A program made the position numbers and the translations under genes. DNA of 42,939 bases from a virus (taxonomy: Duplodnaviria > Heunggongvirae > Uroviricota > Caudoviricetes): the IMG/VR virus record IMGVR_UViG_2571042732_000002. The stretch is one strand, 5' to 3'. Below, one piece after another: positions 8,128 to 16,652 of the stretch. The first letter of the stretch is position 1. The number at the start of each line of letters is the position of its first letter. The notes under the pieces are model-generated. The model ran no database searches. It was not told where the DNA came from and saw only the letters and a program-made list of their open reading frames with translations.

Positions 8128-9057
8128 ATGGCAAACACTGCTGAGATATTCAATTTTCCAGTGCCGGATGTGGCACAAAAGGAGCCGCGCGTGGCAGATC
8201 TCGATGATGGTTATACGCGCATTGCTAATGAGTTGCTGGAAGCTGTGATGCTGGCCGGATTAACACAGCACCAGCTTCTGGTCTTCCTGGCTGTCATGCG
8301 CAAAACATATGGCTTTAATAAAAAAATGGATTGGGTGAGCAACGAGCAACTTTCCGAGTTAACCGGGATATTGCCGCACAAGTGTTCTGCTGCAAAAAGT
8401 GTTCTGGTAAAGCGTGGGATTTTGATTCAGAGCGGGCGGAATATAGGCATTAATAATGTGGTCAGTGAATGGTCAACATTACCCGAATCAGGTAAGAAAA
8501 ATAAAGTTTACCTGAAAGAGGTAAATTTACCTGAATCAGGTAAGAAAAGTTTACCCAAATCAGGTAAAGACGTTTACCCGAATCAGGTAAACACAAAAGA
8601 CAAACTAACAAAAGACAATATAAAACCTTTTTCGTCCGAGAATTCTGTCGAATCCTCTGACCAGCCAGAAAACGATCTTCCTGTGGTGAAACCGGATGCT
8701 GCAATTCAGAGCGGCAGCAAGTGGGGGACAGCAGAAGACCTGACCGCCGCAGAGTGGATGTTTGACATGGTGAAGACCATCGCGCCATCAGCCAGAAAAC
8801 CGAATTTTGCAGGGTGGGCTAACGATATCCGCCTGATGCGTGAACGTGACGGACGTAACCACCGCGACATGTGTGTACTGTTCCGCTGGGCATGCCAGGA
8901 CAACTTCTGGTCCGGTAACGTGCTGAGTCCGGCCAAACTCCGCGACAAGTGGACCCAGCTCGAAATCAACCGAAACAAGCAACAGGCTGGCGTGACAGCC
9001 GGCAAACCAAAACTCGACCTGACGAACACTGACTGGATTTACGGGGTGGAGCTATGA
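8128..9057 (+). CDS. O: Replication initiator O, 309 aa
   Basis: ATG 8128 with GGAGG upstream gives MANTAEIFNF... matching the lambda O N-terminus (MTNTAKILNF); C-terminal half recognisably near-identical to lambda O; iterons embedded. Confidence 0.85.
   Translation: MANTAEIFNFPVPDVAQKEPRVADLDDGYTRIANELLEAVMLAGLTQHQLLVFLAVMRKTYGFNKKMDWVSNEQLSELTGILPHKCSAAKSVLVKRGILIQSGRNIGINNVVSEWSTLPESGKKNKVYLKEVNLPESGKKSLPKSGKDVYPNQVNTKDKLTKDNIKPFSSENSVESSDQPENDLPVVKPDAAIQSGSKWGTAEDLTAAEWMFDMVKTIAPSARKPNFAGWANDIRLMRERDGRNHRDMCVLFRWACQDNFWSGNVLSPAKLRDKWTQLEINRNKQQAGVTAGKPKLDLTNTDWIYGVEL
8479..8592 (+). repeat. Origin iterons inside O, four direct repeats of about 18 bp
   Basis: TTACC(C/T)(G/A)AATCAGGTAA(G/A) repeated at about 8479, 8526, 8551 and 8574, followed by an A-rich stretch (8590-8650), as in ori-lambda. 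Confidence 0.65.
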
Positions 9058-9755
9058 AAAACATCGCCGCACAGATGGTTAACTTTGACCGTGAGCAGAT
9101 GCGCCGGATCGCCAACAACATGCCGGAACAGTACGACGAAAAGCCGCAGGTACAGCAGGTAGCGCAGATCATCAATGGTGTGTTCAGCCAGTTACTGGCA
9201 ACTTTCCCGGCGAGCCTGGCTAATCGTGACCAGAACGAACTGAACGAAATCCGCCGCCAGTGGGTTCTGGCTTTCCGGGAAAACGGGATCACCACAATGG
9301 AACAGGTTAACGCAGGAATGCGCGTAGCCCGTCGGCAGAATCGACCATTCCTGCCATCACCCGGGCAGTTTGTCGCCTGGTGCCGGGAAGAAGCATCCGT
9401 TAACGCCGGGCTGCCAAACGTCAGCGAGCTGGTTGATATGGTCTATGAGTATTGTCGGAAGCGTGGCCTGTATCCAGATGCAGAGTCTTATCCGTGGAAA
9501 TCAAACGCGCACTACTGGCTGGTTACCAACCTGTTCCAGAACATGCGGGCCAATGCGCTTACTGATGCGGAATTACGGCGCAAGGCTGCCGATGAACTGT
9601 CCTGTATGACCGCGCGAATTAACCGTGGTGAGGCGATACCTGAACCAGTAAAACAGCTTCCTGTCATGGGCGGTAGACCTCTAAATCGTGCACAGGCTCT
9701 GGCGAAGATCGCAGAAATCAAAGCTAAGTTTGGGCTGAAAGGAGCAAGTGTATGA
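9054..9755 (+). CDS. P: Replication protein P (DnaB helicase loader), 233 aa
   Basis: Translated ORF recognisably near-identical to lambda P; ATGA overlap with O. Confidence 0.95.
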   Translation: MKNIAAQMVNFDREQMRRIANNMPEQYDEKPQVQQVAQIINGVFSQLLATFPASLANRDQNELNEIRRQWVLAFRENGITTMEQVNAGMRVARRQNRPFLPSPGQFVAWCREEASVNAGLPNVSELVDMVYEYCRKRGLYPDAESYPWKSNAHYWLVTNLFQNMRANALTDAELRRKAADELSCMTARINRGEAIPEPVKQLPVMGGRPLNRAQALAKIAEIKAKFGLKGASV

Positions 9756-10050
9756 CGGGCAAAGAGGCAATTATTTATTACCTGGGGACGCATAAGAGCT
9801 TCTGTGCGCAGGACGTTGCTGCGGCAACAGGTGTGATAGTAACCTGCATAAATCAGGCAGCGGCTAAAATGGCGCGTGCAGGAATCCTGGTCATTGATGG
9901 TAAGGTCTGGCGAACACGGTGTATTACCGGGTTGCTACCAGGGAAGAACGGGAAGGAAAGGTGAGCTCGAATCTGATTTTCAAGGAGTGTCGCCAGAGTG
10001 CCGCGATGAAGCGGGGGCTGGCGGTATATGGGAGATTAGTTATTACTTGA
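9752..10050 (+). pseudogene. ren: ren, disrupted by a frameshift
   Basis: N-terminal 55 aa match lambda Ren in frame 1 (MTGKEAIIYYLGTHKSFCAQDVAA...GKVWRT); the rest of Ren (VYYR.ATREEREGK.S.NL.FKECRQSAAMKR) continues in another frame after about 9917; frame 1 stops at 9964. Confidence 0.6.
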
Positions 10051-10330
10051 TTTGATGGTTATCTTGAAAACATCCAATCAAATTTAATGGTTTGCTTTGT
10101 GCGGGGAACTATAACAATGTTCCTGGCTTGGTGCTGTATGAATTAGTGAATTAGTAGGGAATATATCCACACATTGATTAACACAAAAATATTTCAGATA
10201 GAAAATGTAACTCAAAGGATGAGTAATAATGGTTGTGTAGCGTATGACAGGATACTGAGGTAGTATTAAACAATGAATAAATCTGAATGACAAGCACCAG
10301 ATAATACTGTGGGTTAATCATTAGACATGA

Positions 10331-10396
10331 ACGCCACTAGTTACTGAGAATAACTAATGGCGTTGTGTTTATAGTTAAGATGTTTTTTAAAACATC
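10331..10396. terminator. Two tandem hairpins downstream of the HD gene, near the island left edge
   Basis: 13-bp inverted repeat with one mismatch (ACGCCACTAGTTA ... TAACTAATGGCGT, 10331-10363) and perfect palindrome GATGTTTTTTAAAACATC (10379-10396). Confidence 0.3.
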
Positions 10397-10404
10397 AGGG
10401 GGCT

Positions 10405-11952
10405 CTACTTGTTTTTTTTAATATGTTCAATCTCATCATTAAGACTTTTATCTATTTTTTTTATTAACACATTGATTTCTTTGGTGTTTTGGAGTTGAGT
10501 TGTCTTAGAAACAAAAACTCGAATAAAGAATTTAACATAGTGATAGGGTTGAAGCACTTCATTGCACTCACGCAAATCATTTATTTTATATTTGCCGCCT
10601 GTTTCTTTTTTTATTATTTTGGCTTGACTTGTATCGATATCTTTAAAGTTATCTTCAATCTGAAAATCAAGAACCCATTCATTTCCTTTTAAATTATCTT
10701 TAATAATTCCATCGATTTTATCAGATATATCTTGTTTGGCTTCTTTGTATTTTTTGTCGGAAAGTTTAACATTAGAAAAAGTATATTTTTTTTCATATAC
10801 CTTTTTCCAAACATTTCTCTTAATAATATCTTGAATTATAGTTTTGGGACTTTCACCTAATTTATTATAAAGAGTATGCTCTAAAAATTTCTTGTCTGGG
10901 TTTGCAAGATAAAAGTCTTTGATGGACTCGATGAGTGTGTCTTTATCTTCTAAAGAGATAACATCAACAGGGTTTTCTCCAGAGCACGCTTTATTAAGCA
11001 TGGCAGATAACGCACGGTTGGTCTTATGGAAATAAACTTGACTATAAAGCCCACTTCTCGCATTTGCAAACTCTAGTATTGAGTCCATACCACTTTCTTT
11101 ATATGCTAGGTAAACACTATTTCCAACCTTCACAGGGATAAATGACATTAACAATCGCCCATAATCATAAATCCCATATTTAACGCCTGAGAAGTAGCTA
11201 TCTCTAAGTAAGTAATCCATTCTATCTGCATCTATAGGTGAAGATGATATGATTGAACCCAACAAAGGATATAGATTTACTTCATCAATATTATTTTCAT
11301 AATTGTATTTTTTTTCAACAATTTTTATAATGCTTTCTGGGTTAATTTCCTCTATATTTTTTTTATAGGCATCGTCGTTATTTGATTCACTGTTAGCTTC
11401 TTTTTTTAATTCTTCAATTATTTCTTTGATAAAAATACATGACATTTGTTCATGGGTTAATCTATTATTATTATTTAGTGATATGATTTCATCGTATTTT
11501 TTAATCCCATCAGCCTTGCATTTTTCTTTGAAAGCGTTTACGGATATTGAAAAACTATCGAATTGGTGGGCAAGGGGGCCATGCCCAACATCGTGTAACA
11601 ATGCTGCAATACGTAGCTCCTGTATAAGACTTGCTGGCATTTTTTTTATATCTAAATATAAATCAACGCCCATATTTTTTCGGTCATAAATTAATGCATT
11701 CAAATTTATATTTTTCAAAATCTCATACGATAAATGCATTACACCGACAGAGTGTTCAAAGCGAGAGTGCATTGCAGAAGGAAATACTTTATATAGAAAC
11801 GTATTCTGCCTGATATCTCTTAGTCGCTGGAATAAAGGATGGTCAATTATCTTTTTTTCTAGCTTAGTTATTCGAATCACTCCATGTATGGGATCTAAAA
11901 ACTTCCCCAGAAGTAAGTCTTCAAAGTTCTCAAGTTTGTTTTTGTTTGTCAT
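10405..11952 (-). CDS. HD-domain protein, dGTPase/SAMHD1-like dNTP triphosphohydrolase family, 515 aa
   Basis: HD motifs in canonical order: RFEHSVGV, LLHDVGHGPLAH, DADRMDYLLRD; ATG 11952 with AGGAAA upstream; C-terminal third Lys-rich and low complexity. Confidence 0.75.
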   Translation of the reverse strand: MTNKNKLENFEDLLLGKFLDPIHGVIRITKLEKKIIDHPLFQRLRDIRQNTFLYKVFPSAMHSRFEHSVGVMHLSYEILKNINLNALIYDRKNMGVDLYLDIKKMPASLIQELRIAALLHDVGHGPLAHQFDSFSISVNAFKEKCKADGIKKYDEIISLNNNNRLTHEQMSCIFIKEIIEELKKEANSESNNDDAYKKNIEEINPESIIKIVEKKYNYENNIDEVNLYPLLGSIISSSPIDADRMDYLLRDSYFSGVKYGIYDYGRLLMSFIPVKVGNSVYLAYKESGMDSILEFANARSGLYSQVYFHKTNRALSAMLNKACSGENPVDVISLEDKDTLIESIKDFYLANPDKKFLEHTLYNKLGESPKTIIQDIIKRNVWKKVYEKKYTFSNVKLSDKKYKEAKQDISDKIDGIIKDNLKGNEWVLDFQIEDNFKDIDTSQAKIIKKETGGKYKINDLRECNEVLQPYHYVKFFIRVFVSKTTQLQNTKEINVLIKKIDKSLNDEIEHIKKNK

Positions 11953-12311
11953 GAGGCTTTCCTTTTGCTGTAGTTATAATACGAAATTTAAATAGTAATG
12001 ATGTTTATAGTTTCAATGTGTTATCTAATGGTTAACACATTGTGATGTAGCATATCAATATGGATTCATATGTTCAATTGGTCTGTGGAGTTTAGTTATG
12101 AATAAGATTGATTCTGGTAATACTTTGTAGTTTAAGCTAGAGGCGGGATTCGTGATGTTCAAATCAGTATGTAATGGAGGTTGTGCATTAGTACTTGCTG
12201 CTGGAAATTAAAAATAAAGTTGCAAGTAATCGACGTTTTCCGAGAGGAGGATGTAAGCATCGCTGACCAAAAAGTATCAACGATGCCTGTTTTGTTTTAA
12301 CTACAAATTAA

Positions 12312-13814
12312 TTAAATTGCATCTGCAAACTCTGGGACTTTTCGCTCAAGTATAATTGATGAGTTGCTGTTGTCGCTTTTTTTATTTTCATGATTACGAA
12401 TGGCCAATGACTCATTAAAGTCTTTTGCGACTGCTGTCTCAATAAATTCAATTTCTGAATCAGAGTGTTTTTTAACAGCTTCTTTGATCTCATCCAGAGT
12501 AACATAGAAAAACTCTTTTCTACGATTTACAAGATTGACTCTCTTTTTATCGAAGACATCATGTAGTTTTTTTTCTAATGATGGAGCGTCCTCCGAATAA
12601 ATCATGGCATGCACATCAAAAATAAAAGGAACAGATGCATCACCAAGCTCATTTACACGGTCTTGTGGATCAAGACGTCGTGTCATGCCTATTTTATAAA
12701 CATTCTCCCCAAAAGAACCTATGTTCGAAATAATATAAACATGACCTTGTTTGGTTTGTTGTGCCATGGATAATGCTCTTTGATGCTTTGATTCAGCCTG
12801 CGACAAACTCTGTTCTAGTTCGGCAATGCGATTTTCGAGGCGCTGCTTCATGTCACCAGTAACTTTTTCCATTTCCTTTCTTGCAGCTTCAATTGCTTTT
12901 TTATAACGGCGCTCTTCTGCCTCTGCGTCTTGCATTGCCTTTTCTATTTCTCGTTGTGCACGCTCCTCCTCTCTCATTTGTGCCCTTATTTCTGCCTGTT
13001 CTTCTTTTTCTTTCTGTTTTTGCTCACGATATTCATGGGTAAGCCACAACTCCTCAAGTTTTTTATTAAGGTATTTAGTATTTATATATATGTGATTTTG
13101 CTCGTTTAGTTTATTTATGGCCTCAAATGCCTTTGTGATGCGTTCTTCCATTTTAGTGATATTTTTCCACGTGCAATTACTAATTGCAGCATCACATTCA
13201 TTATTAAATGCTCTAGTAGTTAGCCTAATATTTCTGTCTGTCATTTTTTTACCCTCTGCTCGAGAGCCTTCAACAGTCCATTGGGTTGTACAATATACTG
13301 CACCAGAGTGGGTTTTATCCCGCAGCATTAATTTCTGTTCATCCCTGATGGATTTTATTTTGTTTTTAAATTGCTCTGAATCTTCAAAATTAAAATGAGG
13401 TTCGTAAAATCCTAGTTCGGTTAGTTCAACATCTTCTGAATAAATAGAAATTTGCTTTACTAGTTTATCATATATTTCTTTCTTCTCTTTATAAGTTCTT
13501 CTTAGTTCTTGGATTTGTTTATTGATACCATCCATTTTTTCAATGGTGTTTGTTAGTTCATTATTGGCATTTTCTTTTACTTTTTGGGACTCTTCTTTTA
13601 TAATGGAGCATTCTTGCTCTGTTTTTTCAATAAGCTTCTTACATTCCTCTTCCACATTAAAATAATCTGCAAAGCGAGATTTGTATTCTTCATTTTTTTG
13701 ATTGCTATCACTTAATTCTAATTGTATTTTTTTGATGCGTTTGATTGCAGCTATATATAGAACAAGAACAACCAATAAAAATATGATTGCAAGTAATAGT
13801 GGAGTTTGAGTCAT
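12312..13814 (-). CDS. Membrane-anchored coiled-coil protein with C-terminal T5orf172 (GIY-YIG-like) domain, DUF4041-like architecture, 500 aa
   Basis: N-terminal TM helix (LLLAIIFLLVVLVLYIAAI); long E/K/R/Q-rich heptad region; C-terminal GHVYIISNIGSFGENVYKIGMTRRLDPQDRVNELGD...RVNLVNRRKEFFYV matches the recalled T5orf172 consensus; ATG 13814 with AAGGAA upstream. Confidence 0.75.
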   Translation of the reverse strand: MTQTPLLLAIIFLLVVLVLYIAAIKRIKKIQLELSDSNQKNEEYKSRFADYFNVEEECKKLIEKTEQECSIIKEESQKVKENANNELTNTIEKMDGINKQIQELRRTYKEKKEIYDKLVKQISIYSEDVELTELGFYEPHFNFEDSEQFKNKIKSIRDEQKLMLRDKTHSGAVYCTTQWTVEGSRAEGKKMTDRNIRLTTRAFNNECDAAISNCTWKNITKMEERITKAFEAINKLNEQNHIYINTKYLNKKLEELWLTHEYREQKQKEKEEQAEIRAQMREEERAQREIEKAMQDAEAEERRYKKAIEAARKEMEKVTGDMKQRLENRIAELEQSLSQAESKHQRALSMAQQTKQGHVYIISNIGSFGENVYKIGMTRRLDPQDRVNELGDASVPFIFDVHAMIYSEDAPSLEKKLHDVFDKKRVNLVNRRKEFFYVTLDEIKEAVKKHSDSEIEFIETAVAKDFNESLAIRNHENKKSDNSNSSIILERKVPEFADAI

Positions 13815-14240
13815 TCGTGCTATTCCTTACGGACAATTTAAGACGTTTTGTATTAAATCCTGTTCAATGTGTATGCGGGTGATTGCTACCGCTTACAATC
13901 TTCATAATTATCAGTTAGATAGACTCGCTAGTAAATAATTTCATTTTTTGCAATATTCTTATTGAATATTTCAATTTATGAAATGAACTTTTTATCCTTT
14001 CAAGGCGAAAGGTTTCTTCTTCGGAAATATTTGCTCTCGTGTGACGTATAAAGGCCTTTGATTTTTAAAAATCAGTAGGGAATAATATAGTTACTGTCGG
14101 CCTGAACACCCGGCGGTGGGGTTGCGCCAAACGGGGACGTTTATGCGCACATACAATCTAAACTCTCTTCTCCCTTCACAGATGCAGAAATGCACCTGCG
14201 ATTTTTTGCATCCAACGTTTGACCTCTGCGGAGGTGAAGC

Positions 14241-14696
14241 GTGAACCTCCCACAAGACGGCATCAAATTACATCGCGGTAACTTCACCGCTATCGGTCAG
14301 CAGATCCAGCCTTATCTGGAGGACGGAAAATGTTTTCGCATGGTGCTTAAACCGTGGCGTGAGAAACGCAGTCTTTCCCAGAATGCACTCAGCCACATGT
14401 GGTACAGCGAAATCAGTGAATACCTCATCAGCAGGGGGAAATCGTTCGCTACCGCAGCATGGGTAAAAGATGTTCTCAAACACACATACCTCGGTTATGA
14501 AACCAAGGATCTGGTTGATGTCGTAACAGGCGAAATCACTACTATCCAGTCGTTACGCCATACCTCCGATCTTGATACCGGAGAGATGTATGTCTTCCTG
14601 TGTAAGGTTGAAGCCTGGGCGATGAATATTGGCTGCCACCTGACTATTCCGCAGAGCTGCGAGTTCCAGCTGCTGCGCGACAAGCAGGAGGCGTAA
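14241..14696 (+). CDS. ninB: NinB/YbcN-family recombination protein, 151 aa
   Basis: GTG start with GGAGG upstream; [12 protein letters not shown] motif comparable to lambda NinB RSLDQNRKLW; same length and position as DLP12 YbcN. Confidence 0.65.
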   Translation: MNLPQDGIKLHRGNFTAIGQQIQPYLEDGKCFRMVLKPWREKRSLSQNALSHMWYSEISEYLISRGKSFATAAWVKDVLKHTYLGYETKDLVDVVTGEITTIQSLRHTSDLDTGEMYVFLCKVEAWAMNIGCHLTIPQSCEFQLLRDKQEA

Positions 14697-14866
14697 TGGC
14701 TACACCGCTTATTCGTGTCATGAGCGGACACATCTACAGAGTACCAAATCGTCGTAAGCGTAAGCCTGAGCTGAAACCATCCGAAATACCAACACTGCTC
14801 GGATATACCGCCAGCCTGGTTGATAAAAAATGGTTGCGACTGGCAGCAAGGAGGAACCATGGCTGA
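14696..14866 (+). CDS. Small nin-region ORF, 56 aa, NinE-like by position and size
   Basis: ATG overlaps ninB stop (TAATG) with AGGAGG upstream; ends overlapping the next gene start; not in the track because under 60 aa. Confidence 0.35.
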   Translation: MATPLIRVMSGHIYRVPNRRKRKPELKPSEIPTLLGYTASLVDKKWLRLAARRNHG

Positions 14867-15149
14867 TTTGAGAAAAGCAGCGCGTGGTCGGGAATGCCAG
14901 GCAAGAATCCCTGGCGTATGTAATGGCAATCCTGAAACGTCTGTACTGGCACATATCCGGCTGGCTGGATTGGGCGGTACCGGTATCAAACCGCCAGACC
15001 TGATTGCCACCATTGCATGTTCTGCCTGTCACGACGAAATCGACCGCCGCACACATTTTGTCGATGCTGAGTATGCAAAAGAATGCGCGCTGGAAGGTAT
15101 GGCGAGAACGCAGGTTATCTGGCTGAAAGAGGGGGTAATCAAGGCGTGA
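14859..15149 (+). CDS. YbcO-like DUF1364 protein (putative nuclease), 96 aa
   Basis: ATG 14859 with AAGGAGG upstream; Cys/His-rich ([11 protein letters not shown] ... [13 protein letters not shown]); position before rusA as in DLP12. Confidence 0.55.
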   Translation: MADLRKAARGRECQARIPGVCNGNPETSVLAHIRLAGLGGTGIKPPDLIATIACSACHDEIDRRTHFVDAEYAKECALEGMARTQVIWLKEGVIKA

Positions 15150-15508
15150 ATACTTACTACATCACACTACCCTGGCCGCCGAGCAATAACCGCTACTACC
15201 GCCATAATCGCGGGCGCACGCACATCAGCGCAGAGGGGCAGGTATACCGCGATAACGTCGCCCGAATCATCAAAGGCTCCATGCTGGATATCGGTCTGGC
15301 TATGCCAGTGAAAATCCGTATTGAGTGCCACATGCCGGATCGCCGTCGCCGTGACCTGGATAATCTGCAAAAAGCAGCTTTTGACGCACTCACCAAAGCA
15401 GGTTTCTGGCTGGATGATGCTCAGGTCGTTGATTACCGCGTTGTGAAGATGCCCGTTACCAAAGGTGGGAAGCTGGAGCTGACCATCACCGAACTGGGGA
15501 ATGAATGA
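15146..15508 (+). CDS. rusA: Holliday junction resolvase RusA, 120 aa
   Basis: GTG start overlapping the upstream stop; N-terminus [18 protein letters not shown] matches the RusA signature. Confidence 0.85.
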   Translation: MNTYYITLPWPPSNNRYYRHNRGRTHISAEGQVYRDNVARIIKGSMLDIGLAMPVKIRIECHMPDRRRRDLDNLQKAAFDALTKAGFWLDDAQVVDYRVVKMPVTKGGKLELTITELGNE

Positions 15509-15645
15509 TGTTTGAGTCTTATGTGGCAGAACGTCTTCGCCACCGCTGGATGCGCCTGCGCTTATATCGTTTCCCCGGTTCTGTTTTGACCGATTACCGG
15601 ATACTGAAGAATTACGCCAAAACACTGAAAGGAGCTGCCGCATGA
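15508..15645 (+). CDS. Small ORF, 45 aa, YlcG-like by position
   Basis: ATG overlaps rusA stop (TGATG); stop overlaps the Q ATG (ATGA); under the track's size cut-off. Confidence 0.3.
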   Translation: MFESYVAERLRHRWMRLRLYRFPGSVLTDYRILKNYAKTLKGAAA

Positions 15646-16331
15646 ATACCCAATATTTACAGTATGTCCGCGAGCAACTCATTGTGGCTACCGCTGATTT
15701 GAGCGGAGCAACGAAAGGCCAGCTTGAAGCCTGGCTGGAGCATGCACAATTTGATACTGGTACTTACAAACGAAAGAAGCCGCGCATTCTGGATGAGGTA
15801 ACTGGCAGGATGATTACGCTGGATAATCCGCCGATTTCCGGTAAGCAGTCGTACGCAAAAGGTCCATCCATTGCACTGGTCAGCCAGGTTGAGTTCTCAA
15901 CATCTTCATGGCGCCGCGCGGTTCTGTCTCTCGAAGAACATCAGAAAGCGTGGTTGCTGTGGAGTTACAGCGAAAGTGTTCGCTGGGAGCATCAGGTTGC
16001 CATAACGCAGTGGGCATGGAACGAGTTTAAGACTCTGTTAGGTACAAGAAAAATTGCCAGTAAGACACTGGAACGCTTAAAGAAGTTGATCTGGCTGGCA
16101 GCACAGGATGTGAAGAGCGAGCTGGCTGGACGTGAGACTTATGAATACCGGGAACTGGCATCACTGGTGGGAGTGACATCAAAAAACTGGTCTGAGACAT
16201 TCACTGAACGCTGGGTTGCAATGAAGCACATTTTTCTACAGCTTGATAGCGAAGCTTTATTGCTTGTAACGAGAACACGTTCAAAACAAAAGGCGACATT
16301 TTCACAGCAAAATATTGCAAAACTGGATTAA
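15642..16331 (+). CDS. Q: Late antiterminator Q (non-lambda Q family), 229 aa
   Basis: Position between rusA and the lysis cassette; AAGGAG upstream; followed by promoter-like and terminator elements typical of pR'/tR'. Family assignment is positional. Confidence 0.6.
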   Translation: MNTQYLQYVREQLIVATADLSGATKGQLEAWLEHAQFDTGTYKRKKPRILDEVTGRMITLDNPPISGKQSYAKGPSIALVSQVEFSTSSWRRAVLSLEEHQKAWLLWSYSESVRWEHQVAITQWAWNEFKTLLGTRKIASKTLERLKKLIWLAAQDVKSELAGRETYEYRELASLVGVTSKNWSETFTERWVAMKHIFLQLDSEALLLVTRTRSKQKATFSQQNIAKLD

Positions 16332-16343
16332 AAAGCATATATT
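16315..16343 (+). promoter_or_regulatory. Candidate late promoter pR'
   Basis: TTGCAA (16315-16320), 17-nt spacer, TATATT (16338-16343), overlapping the end of Q. Confidence 0.4.
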
Positions 16344-16399
16344 TCATGTAAATCTGATATTTTGCCAATGTTGTACGCACTGGCAGTAATCCAAATTCA

Positions 16400-16436
16400 A
16401 GCCCGAGGTTTAAAGCCTTGGGCTTTTCTGTTTCTG
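16400..16436 (+). terminator. Rho-independent terminator downstream of pR' (tR'-like)
   Basis: AGCCCGAGG-TTTAAA-GCCTTGGGCT stem-loop followed by TTTTCTGTTTCTG. Confidence 0.55.
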
Positions 16437-16513
16437 AACGGTGAGTAGCCTTCCAACCTACCCCAGCCAGGGTGTCTTCAGCTGTTGAGTTGATATTGCT
16501 TAACCCTCTGTTG

Positions 16514-16538
16514 CCAGCTACATGCTGGCTTTTTTATT
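16514..16538 (+). terminator. Second rho-independent terminator before the lysis genes
   Basis: GCCAGC-TACAT-GCTGGC stem-loop followed by TTTTTTATT. Confidence 0.5.
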
Positions 16539-16652
16539 CCAGGCTTGCGGGGAGCATCAACTCCGTGCTTTGTCGTTAAATTACCCCGTGAGCCTGATTT
16601 CTGACATTTAACGTCCCGGCCTTTTGTCGGCGGCGAAACATTGGCTATTCAT

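Larger units (their letters stand above)
10051..14240. other. AT-rich accessory island between ren and ninB
   Basis: Sharp shift to AT-rich sequence and Lys/Asn/Ile-rich proteins; both genes are on the minus strand, opposite to flanking phage genes; lambda-like sequence resumes at ninB. Confidence 0.75.

Noticed and set aside
8479-8592. Possible CRISPR-like short direct repeats
   Set aside because: Four imperfect repeats lie inside the O coding sequence with no regular spacers or cas genes; they are ori-lambda-type iterons.
12266-12308. Plus-strand terminator-like element downstream of the T5orf172 gene
   Set aside because: Stem GCATCG/CGATGC is only 6 bp with an 18-nt loop; too weak to call despite the following T-run.
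14495-15682. Antisense ORFs across the nin region (14495..15013 -, 14718..15056 -, 15167..15682 -)
   Set aside because: They overlap the tightly coupled plus-strand ninB-ybcO-rusA genes; no start context.
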